A stretch of DNA of 64,000 bases, from contig DASRCZ010000008.1 in assembly GCA_035652855.1 (NCBI GenBank), positions 14,911 through 78,910 of the forward strand. Reading direction: 5' to 3'. The position numbers and the translations under genes are program-made. The notes beneath the pieces are model-generated. The model saw only the letters and a program-made list of their open reading frames with translations. It made no database searches and was not told the DNA's origin. The DNA is from Candidatus Acidiferrum sp. Its GTDB lineage: Bacteria; Acidobacteriota; Terriglobia; Acidiferrales; UBA7541. Positions 10,201 to 16,435 of the stretch are shown here, piece after piece. The stretch's first letter is position 1; each line of letters begins with the position of its first letter.

Positions 10201-10737
10201 GGCGATAGCATTATCGTAGTCATTTCCTACGCCGAAGACCCAGGAATTCGCCCGGGTCGTGATAACAGACGCGCTCGGAGCTCCGGACCCGCCGTTTCTA
10301 CTGGCTGTCGCCCCGATTGCTCCTGAACCGTTGACGCCCGAGGTATCGACGCCGGTGAACGTCATTACGGTCATCGAGGAAAGCACCCGTTGCGAGAGCG
10401 TGGCCGTCACAGAGACATTCGTCAGCGGTGATGGCGCAAACGCGCGCCAGATCTCCGATGTGCCCCGCTGTCCATTGGATCGGACCACCAGCGTCCAAAC
10501 AAGGCCGGCGCCGGCGACGTTCCGAACAGTAGTATTTGTTCCCGACAAATAGTCTGTCTCGATGAAGGCCAACAGCAGCTCATTGCCGCTTACGGTCGTA
10601 AAAGTGGGGCTTACAATTGTCGTACTCGATGAACTGCGATCTTGGGAGATGTTGACGTCAACCGCGATCGCGGCGTGAGCGCACGCCGCCACAGCCAGAA
10701 GCGCAATGAAAACCGTACAGCGCCAATCCTTCACCAA
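7201..10737 (-). CDS. Secreted multidomain copper-radical oxidase (galactose/glyoxal oxidase-like, AA5): duplicated ~210-aa domain, two Ig-like spacers, Ig-like domain, Kelch propeller, DUF1929-type C-terminus
   Basis: Signal peptide; GGAGG RBS; DLFCSGH (Cys), RWYPT (Tyr), REYHST (Tyr-His), VTHFFD (His), APPGYYMLF. Confidence 0.9.
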   Translation of the reverse strand: MVKDWRCTVFIALLAVAACAHAAIAVDVNISQDRSSSSTTIVSPTFTTVSGNELLLAFIETDYLSGTNTTVRNVAGAGLVWTLVVRSNGQRGTSEIWRAFAPSPLTNVSVTATLSQRVLSSMTVMTFTGVDTSGVNGSGAIGATASRNGGSGAPSASVITTRANSWVFGVGNDYDNAIARTVPAGQSLVHQYLTPAGDTYWVQMQNAPTPISGATVTINDAAPTSDRWNLAVCEILPPAVATQTWSISGSITPSAAGSGATITLTGAASATTTADASGNYSFSGAPDGNYTVTPAKNGYTFDPVSQSLTINGANATAINFTATAIPTWSISGTISPASAGASATVTLNGAAKATTTADAAGNYSFTGLANGAYTVTPSKAGYTMMPASQSATVSNANVSGVNFTAQTASVGSLGIDIKVSTDGTAAAPSITSPAFSTTVGNELLLAFIATDYLAGANTTVTSVSGGGLTWNLVVRSNGQAGTSEIWRAFAAGPLSNISVTASLSQSVISSITVVSFTGADTSGANGSGAIGAIASKNAASGAPGASLVTTRNNSWVFGVGNDYDRAVGRTAGTGQSIVHQYLTPAGDTYWVQMQNSPTPAAGATVSINDTSPTSDRWNLSLCEVLPAASGVPDATPPTVSVIAPAQGGIVTTSSTLWAVASDNASVAGVQFFLDGAQLGSEVTTPPYSMVWDTSTVANGQHTITARARDTAGNTAMSAAVSITVDRSGNPAVMGSWSSVVNIPTVAVNLILLNNNKVLLYQDGMTPTVWDYINNTFQNIPTSADLFCSGHALLADGRVLVAGGYGGSGSNIGIANAEIFDPSTNKWTAVPNMAYKRWYPTATTLSDGRVLVTAGWQTASHTNAGVPEIYDPVTNKWTQLPNAYNPFETYPFMYLLPDGRVIHVGGSEYAVVTDILDLNTQSWSVVDPNIVDGGSSAMYVPGKIMKAGSAADSQDVGASTNTTYVLDMTQPSPKWQQTPSMVYPRSFLNLTTLPDGTVLATGGETDKNGGNIANAVYAAELWSPQTQTWTTMASMHTPREYHSTAVLLPDGRVLVSGMGSDFGQVPDEKNAEFFSPPYLFKGARPAITQAPAQIQYGSTFFVGTPDAASIASAVLIRTGAVTHFFDENARFVPLAFQQTAGGLTISAPANGNLAPPGYYMLFLVNSNGVPSVAPFVQIQ
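8860..9495 (-). repeat. Copy 2 of the intragenic ~210-aa domain duplication
   Basis: GNELLLAFI..RSNGQAGTSEIWRAFA..NSWVFGVGNDYD..HQYLTPAGDTYWVQMQN..PTSDRWNL. Confidence 0.9.
10025..10665 (-). repeat. Copy 1 of the intragenic ~210-aa domain duplication
   Basis: GNELLLAFI..RSNGQRGTSEIWRAFA..NSWVFGVGNDYD..HQYLTPAGDTYWVQMQN..PTSDRWNL. Confidence 0.9.
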
Positions 10738-10784
10738 ATCGTGCCTCCTCCGATGAACACACGAATCCTGTTCCTGCCGACCGT

Positions 10785-10800
10785 AGCATTCAAGATGCCA
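10785..10800 (-). promoter_or_regulatory. Candidate sigma54 promoter for the oxidase gene
   Basis: Minus strand TGGCATCTTGAATGCT, GG-N10-GC, ~48 nt before the start. Confidence 0.65.
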
Positions 10801-10949
10801 CGTCTGGCGCGGCTAAGCAGAACAGGATGGTCGTCTTGCCCTTCCCAGCGCCTGATGCGGCGACCGGCATCGGTCCGGCTAAACGGGCGATTGCCTGTCC
10901 GGCGTTTCTAGCGCAAACTCCTAAGGATCGGTTCGCTTTTTATCTGCAT

Positions 10950-10965
10950 CGGCAGCATGCGTGCA
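10950..10965 (+). promoter_or_regulatory. Weak candidate sigma54 promoter for the beta-barrel gene
   Basis: CGGCAGCATGCGTGCA, GG-N10-GC. Confidence 0.3.
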
Positions 10966-11155
10966 CTCGAGAATTGACTCCTGTGCGCCTCTCACGACGA
11001 TTTTGAATTGACCTGAAATGCCGATCTACTTTGTGAAGAAATGATGCTGAACGCGAACCTGCCTGTGCGGAGCGGCGCCATGCCAGAGTCGGCCGATTGC
11101 GGCTTATGGCCCGGGCTGCCGGATGTCGGCCGGCGGGGCCAAAGAGAGTAATACG

Positions 11156-12517
11156 ATGAAATTGCGACAATTATTTCTCGGCGCTGTGACGGTGGCGCTG
11201 GCTTGCGCGGTGATCCTTCGCGGCCAGAGCTTTGAGATGGAGACCTTTAATCCACTGAGCTCGACTACATCGGGCCTCCACCTGTACGGCGCTTCCGTCT
11301 CCGGATCGTATTTTTCAAACCCGTATGGCGTCTTCCCGACCGGCGTCTTCGGCAGCGGCACTTCCGATCTGTCCACGCTGCAGACCTCCGCTACAGTGGG
11401 CTGGTTGCGGCAGAGCCAAACGGCCATTATGTCGCTCACGTATTCCCCGATGTTTGTTCACACGCTGAGTGGTCCGACATATCAGTCGTTGAATCATTCG
11501 GTCGCATTTTCGGGCAAAAAAACATTTGGCGCAAAGTGGACCGCGGCGGGTTCAGCGCAGGGGGTCATCAGCGACTTCAGCCAGCTTCTATTCGCAACCA
11601 CCCCGTATGCCAGTGCGTCGAAGGTCGAGTCGACATTTGACGATTTGGCCGCCGCAGTGTTGACCGGTCGGTCCGATAACGCGGCCTTGGCGGCGTTATT
11701 TACATCCGCGCCGCTCGCAACCTCGCCGGAAACAGCAGTTCTGTATGGCAGTCGCATTCTCGCCGCATCGGCTGGGGCGTCCGTGTCTTACGCCTCTTCC
11801 TCTCGCTCGACCTATCAGGCGTCGCTACAGATAATTCGCGCACAATATTTCAGCCCCGGAAGCAATGGTTCGAGCAGCGGTCCGAACAACGTCGTGCCGG
11901 CGACGACATCCGGGCTGGGCAGCGTGGCATGGTCGTACTCGCTCACGCCCCGGACCGTTCTGTCGCTCAGCGCCTCTACCACCCGAACCATATCGAAATA
12001 TCAAGATGCGTACGGTACACAAGCGATGGTAACGATTGGACACACCCTCAGCAGGCGCTGGTTTGTGCGGGCCGGACTCGGGGCCGGGTTCATCAGTCCT
12101 TTGCGGGAGACCATCGCGGTCTCGCAAGGCATACAAGCGCCGTGGAGAGCCGGAATCGGATTTAAGGGCTACGCCCATACCCTATTGGCGTCGTATGAAC
12201 GCCCTGTTGCGGACATGTACGGCTTGGGAGCGAATGCGACGGATGTCATCTCGGTTGCCTGGACGTGGCAGCGGCCCGGCCGATCTATTTCGGCATCCGG
12301 CGCCTTCGGTTATGTGCGACTAGTCGGTCCAAGGTTTTCCAATGAGGGCAGCTGGACTGCGCATGCGTCCACACAAAAGGCGTTCGGACCGCATTGGGGA
12401 ATGATGATTGGATATACGTATCTTCACTCGCCGAATATCCTCATCGCTTCCGCATCGACGGCATCACAAAGCGGAGTCATGGCGACGTTATACTGGTTGC
12501 CGGTTTCACGACGCTGA
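11156..12517 (+). CDS. Probable outer-membrane beta-barrel protein, EPS-locus associated
   Basis: Signal peptide from ATG 11156 (GAGAG RBS); alternating amphipathic strands rich in S/T/Y/G (GASVSY, GSVAWSYSLTPRT, ISVAWTWQ); C-terminal ATLYW. Confidence 0.6.
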   Translation: MKLRQLFLGAVTVALACAVILRGQSFEMETFNPLSSTTSGLHLYGASVSGSYFSNPYGVFPTGVFGSGTSDLSTLQTSATVGWLRQSQTAIMSLTYSPMFVHTLSGPTYQSLNHSVAFSGKKTFGAKWTAAGSAQGVISDFSQLLFATTPYASASKVESTFDDLAAAVLTGRSDNAALAALFTSAPLATSPETAVLYGSRILAASAGASVSYASSSRSTYQASLQIIRAQYFSPGSNGSSSGPNNVVPATTSGLGSVAWSYSLTPRTVLSLSASTTRTISKYQDAYGTQAMVTIGHTLSRRWFVRAGLGAGFISPLRETIAVSQGIQAPWRAGIGFKGYAHTLLASYERPVADMYGLGANATDVISVAWTWQRPGRSISASGAFGYVRLVGPRFSNEGSWTAHASTQKAFGPHWGMMIGYTYLHSPNILIASASTASQSGVMATLYWLPVSRR

Positions 12518-12562
12518 ACAATTTCTTTCACCCGCCGCAAAGGCGCGTTTCCGCGCGTAGCG

Positions 12563-12910
12563 CTACCGGTTGGGGTGTAGAGCAGGGACTGCTTCGGAAT
12601 CCGGGCCGGTCTCGGAGGCATCAGCGGCGCGATCACATATGCGGGCTGCGCGCCGCCGCCGGACCATATGCACCGCTACCGAGAATGCGATCAGCGCCGT
12701 TCCGACTACAATATATGTCGCCGGCTCAGGCACATCCATGACCGGATGCTCTACAAACGTGTGATTGGCAGTAGCGTTCACCCCGCCAGAAATATCGGCG
12801 CTGACATGAGCCTCGTGCTGAAGCACGGGTTTGGCGCACACCGTTTCGAGCAGGAGAAATACGGTATACGTCACAATCGCTCGGCGGCGGGCGCATGGAA
12901 CCCCAATCAT
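12563..12910 (-). CDS. Miniature PEP-CTERM protein
   Basis: Signal-like N-terminus; DVPEPATYIVVGTALIAFSVAVHMVRRRR. Confidence 0.8.
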   Translation of the reverse strand: MIGVPCARRRAIVTYTVFLLLETVCAKPVLQHEAHVSADISGGVNATANHTFVEHPVMDVPEPATYIVVGTALIAFSVAVHMVRRRRAARICDRAADASETGPDSEAVPALHPNR

Positions 12911-12927
12911 GTGGATACAACCTGTTC

Positions 12928-12943
12928 TGCAGGTCGGGGGCCA
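12928..12943 (-). promoter_or_regulatory. Candidate sigma54 promoter for the PEP-CTERM gene
   Basis: Minus strand TGGCCCCCGACCTGCA, GG-N10-GC. Confidence 0.55.
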
Positions 12944-13001
12944 CTAAAAGAGGATGTATGGAGAGTAATTAAACTACTGCAAGCGTATGTCAACGCAGGC
13001 T

Positions 13002-14432
13002 TTAGACGCCCGCTGTATAATTCGCTTCGAGCGCCCGCGGCTCACCTATTGCAGCTGTTCCCTGCTTTGAGCCGTCAATGCCCAACTTTTTCATTTTGTA
13101 CAGCAGGGCCTTATAGTCGACCTTCAACAATGCGGCCGCTTGTTTCCGATTCCACCGTGTCGCATCCAGCGCGCTGAGAATGACCTCGCGTTCTGCGTGA
13201 TGCTTCGCCTTCGTTACTTGCTCGAGCACGGACGCGGGTTCTGCCGGCAGCGCGGCTTCGGCAGGCCGAGCAGCGACCATGCGAGCCATTTTCATTTGAA
13301 TTTCTCGGGCGATCATATCCTGATCGCGCAATACTACAAGCCGGCGCATCACGTTCTCGAGCTCGCGAATATTGCCTGGCCACGAGTACACCAACAACGT
13401 CTCCTTCAGCATAGGAGTGAGCGCCGGGATCGACTCCCCCCCGTGTTTTCTTATCAGAAACTCGGCAAGCGGGATGATATCCTCGCGACGGTCGCGTAAG
13501 GGAGGCAGGTGAAAATTCAAGACATTCAGCCGATAATACAGATCCTCGCGGAAGGCGCGCTCGGCGATGGCCTTTTCCAGGTCTTGATGGGTCGCCGCAA
13601 TCACCCGCACATCCACCCGGACCGTTTCCTTGCCGCCGATGCGCTGGAACTCTTGGTCTTGCAGGACCTGTAAAAGCTTTGCCTGGAGTTTAAAATCCAT
13701 ATCGCCGATTTCGTCCAGCAGAATGCTGCCGCCGTTTGCGAGCTCGAACATCCCTGCCTTCTTCTGAAAAGCGCCGGTAAATGCTCCTCGCTCGTAGCCG
13801 AACAGCTCGCTTTCCACCAGCTCGGAAGGCAGCGCCGCGCAATTCAATTTCAAGAAGGGTTTTTCCGCGCGATGTGAATTGGCGTGGAGTTCCCGCGCAA
13901 GCACTTCCTTGCCCGACCCTGTCTCTCCCTGGATCAACACGGGCGCGTCGGACATGCCGACTTGCCGCACCAGCTGCTGAATGGCGCGCATGCGCGCATT
14001 CGAGCCAAAAAAGACGGAGCGCTGTGCTGTCGGCGCCGCCGGGGCGGACAACCTGCCGGCATTGTCCAAGGCCTTGGTCAGCGCGTTCTTGAGGTCCTCG
14101 TGGACCACCGGTTTGCCCAAAAAGTCGGTCGCCCCGCACTTCATGGCCTCAACAACGTTCGTCGTGCACGAGCCGTCCGAAATCATAATAACCGGGAGAT
14201 CATAGCGGTCGCGCCGGATCTCGCGAAGCGTTTCGATGCCGTCTTTTCGCGGCATCACAATATCGAGCAAAACCGCGGCGATCTGTCGCCGCTCTCTCAA
14301 GCAGGCCAGGGCTTCCTCTCCGTCCTCGGCCACTTCGACGCGATAGCCCATACACCGGAGCGCCATCGCAAAGTACCCTCGGACTTCAGGTTCGTCTTCA
14401 GCCACCAGAATCGTGCTATTCAGGTTGTCCAT
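13002..14432 (-). CDS. Sigma54-dependent response regulator (REC-AAA+-Fis HTH; NtrC family, PrsR-like role)
   Basis: ILVAEDE, LLDIVMP, GETGSGKE, ESELFGYERGAFTGA, LLDEIG, WPGNIRELEN, C-terminal HTH; start re-called to ATG 14432. Confidence 0.95.
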   Translation of the reverse strand: MDNLNSTILVAEDEPEVRGYFAMALRCMGYRVEVAEDGEEALACLRERRQIAAVLLDIVMPRKDGIETLREIRRDRYDLPVIMISDGSCTTNVVEAMKCGATDFLGKPVVHEDLKNALTKALDNAGRLSAPAAPTAQRSVFFGSNARMRAIQQLVRQVGMSDAPVLIQGETGSGKEVLARELHANSHRAEKPFLKLNCAALPSELVESELFGYERGAFTGAFQKKAGMFELANGGSILLDEIGDMDFKLQAKLLQVLQDQEFQRIGGKETVRVDVRVIAATHQDLEKAIAERAFREDLYYRLNVLNFHLPPLRDRREDIIPLAEFLIRKHGGESIPALTPMLKETLLVYSWPGNIRELENVMRRLVVLRDQDMIAREIQMKMARMVAARPAEAALPAEPASVLEQVTKAKHHAEREVILSALDATRWNRKQAAALLKVDYKALLYKMKKLGIDGSKQGTAAIGEPRALEANYTAGV

Positions 14433-14445
14433 GGAACGCTTCTGG

Positions 14446-15699
14446 CTATGCATTTCGCAGCCCCATTCTGCAATCCGCTTCGGAGACGCATTCGGCGGCC
14501 GGCTCCTGCTGCATGGGGAGCACAAAGGAAAATAACGCGCCTTCCGGCCGGCTCTCGGCCCATACTTTGCCTCGATGCTGAGTGATGATCATTTTGCAGA
14601 TCGCAAGCCCCAGACCGGCGCCGGAGCGATCGTCCCGAACGGCGTACGACGTATAATCTTCAAACATTGAGTCCAGATGTTCCGGCCGAATGCCTGGCCC
14701 CGAATCCTGAATATCGATTCGATACGCATTCGGCTCTTGTGATCGCCTGAATCTCCGCTCCTGGTCAATCGTTCCGTTTAGATTTGGAATCCGGCGGTCC
14801 CAGAAGTATGGATATCCCTTAATCGCGATCCAGCCATGCCGCGGCGTAAACTTGCATGCATTGTCTAGTAGATTCACCAGCACCTGCTCGATTTGGCCCG
14901 GCTCAAAATACAACAACCCGCCGGGCGGGGGAATATCCACAAAGATTTCAATGTGCTTCTCATCGGCAAATTGGGCCACCTCATGAAGAGCCTGCTCAAT
15001 ACACTCCCGAATGTCGGCCCATTGAAAGTTTGGCTGCTGTTCAATATGGCCGCTGACGCCTAACTGGAACATGGCGTTCGACATTCGTCCTAAACGCTTG
15101 GCGCTCTTGAGCATTCGCTCCAAAACTTCTCTCTGTTGCGATGTAAGAGGACCTAATTGCCCTTCCAGAAGCAACCCGCAATAGCCGGTCAGCGCCGAAA
15201 CCGGCGCACGGAAATCATGTATGGCCCGGGTCAGGAAGTTCGTGCGCTCCTGATCATACTCCTGCAGCTTCAGATTGGCGTGAATGAGGCATTGCAGAAG
15301 CTCGTCGCGATCTAAACGCAAGGCCCGGACGTCATCGCCCCGCGACGACCTCCGGGACGCAATGACCTGACCCAAGATCGCCCGTAGAACCGGCCTGGTT
15401 AACGGCTTCAGCAGTATGCCCGCCCCGACCTCGGGATGCAGATCGCAAAAAAGGGAAATTTCTTTCCGGCGCAGAACGACAAAATGCGTGCGGCCCCAGG
15501 CAGCGCACTGCGGCAACGCAATGTCCGGCGAAAAGTCAAATATGTAAAGATCGTCTCCGGCGCTGACCGTCGCGCCAGGACGGATATTGCTCAGCTCCCA
15601 GTCAATATCTGAGTGCTCACTGATGAGTTCCCGCACTAAGTCGGCAATCGTCCCGTCCGACGATACGATGCATAGAGTGATACCGACACGGTGTCCCAT
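14446..15699 (-). CDS. Soluble sensor histidine kinase with N-terminal receiver-like domain
   Basis: H-box AIHDFRAP, N-box NLLDNACKF, DSGPG, GAGLGLAICK; no hydrophobic TM segment seen; N-terminal DLYIFD..LLKP. Confidence 0.88.
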   Translation of the reverse strand: MGHRVGITLCIVSSDGTIADLVRELISEHSDIDWELSNIRPGATVSAGDDLYIFDFSPDIALPQCAAWGRTHFVVLRRKEISLFCDLHPEVGAGILLKPLTRPVLRAILGQVIASRRSSRGDDVRALRLDRDELLQCLIHANLKLQEYDQERTNFLTRAIHDFRAPVSALTGYCGLLLEGQLGPLTSQQREVLERMLKSAKRLGRMSNAMFQLGVSGHIEQQPNFQWADIRECIEQALHEVAQFADEKHIEIFVDIPPPGGLLYFEPGQIEQVLVNLLDNACKFTPRHGWIAIKGYPYFWDRRIPNLNGTIDQERRFRRSQEPNAYRIDIQDSGPGIRPEHLDSMFEDYTSYAVRDDRSGAGLGLAICKMIITQHRGKVWAESRPEGALFSFVLPMQQEPAAECVSEADCRMGLRNA

Positions 15700-15749
15700 T
15701 AGTTTGTGTTTTTGCCCACGGAAGTTACAGAAATGTCGCTTGACGCTTC

Positions 15750-15777
15750 AGAATAGCGCCATTCCAAAAAATGTCAA
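15750..15777 (-). promoter_or_regulatory. Sigma70-type promoter for the HK-RR operon
   Basis: Minus strand TTGACA-N16-TATTCT, ~50 nt before ATG 15699. Confidence 0.6.
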
Positions 15778-15784
15778 GGTTTGT

Positions 15785-15827
15785 TAGTCCTTAGTACTAT
15801 CTTAGTACGCCTAGTCTAGACGCCTAG
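15785..15827. promoter_or_regulatory. TAGTAC/GTACTA repeat cluster (candidate operator)
   Basis: CTTAGTAC twice at 11-bp spacing, palindrome TAGTACTA at 15792-15799, CGCCTAG twice; directly upstream of the -35. Confidence 0.5.
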
Positions 15828-15945
15828 CCGTAAAGACTCAAACCACGCCACCAAACGGCATCATCGGCGGACCGAGAAGCCCTCTAATGAAACAAATCGG
15901 AATAGATTCTCAAAATACTTCCACACAATTCCAGGAAATAGAGGC

Positions 15946-15961
15946 TGGCAGATAAACTGCT
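15946..15961 (+). promoter_or_regulatory. Candidate sigma54 promoter for the PilZ gene
   Basis: TGGCAGATAAACTGCT, GG-N10-GC. Confidence 0.6.
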
Positions 15962-15979
15962 GATCACGGGTACTTTGGT

Positions 15980-16369
15980 GTGCGATACAAAACGGCAGCG
16001 CTCCTGCCTCCTGTGATGACCAGCTTCACTGAACGAAGAAGACAAGGCCGTGTAGAGGTGCGTTGGCCCGTTCGGCTCGCACGTCAACCGGGGGAACTCC
16101 CGATTGCGACCTGCACAAATAACATAAGTTCCAGCGGTTTTTATTGCTATTCTCCCGAATCGTTTTCACCCGGTGAAATGCTGAGCTGCTCGATCGATAT
16201 CCCCGCCTGGACGCCCGGAGCAGCGGATGAACATCTTACGCTCGAATGCCGCGTTCAGGTGATTTGGGTAGAGCGCGTAGAAGCCATCCGTCAGTTCGGG
16301 ATTGGCTGTCACATTCATGACTACGTTGTCACCAAGCAAGTCCGTGAACGCATGTCTACGGTCCAATAG
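15980..16369 (+). CDS. Stand-alone PilZ domain (c-di-GMP receptor) protein; start may be 16016
   Basis: ERRRQGR (RxxxR) and NISSSG (D/NxSxxG), plus CRVQVIWV and FGIGCHI. Confidence 0.85.
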   Translation: MRYKTAALLPPVMTSFTERRRQGRVEVRWPVRLARQPGELPIATCTNNISSSGFYCYSPESFSPGEMLSCSIDIPAWTPGAADEHLTLECRVQVIWVERVEAIRQFGIGCHIHDYVVTKQVRERMSTVQ

Positions 16370-16400
16370 GTTCGCTCGAGGGCCCCATCTTCTTCCCCGC

Positions 16401-16424
16401 CGCCGCGTTGGCTGGGACGCGGCG
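16401..16424. terminator. Hairpin between convergent genes
   Basis: CGCCGCGT-N8-ACGCGGCG; no U-tract. Confidence 0.4.
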
Positions 16425-16435
16425 TCGCTGAGAGC

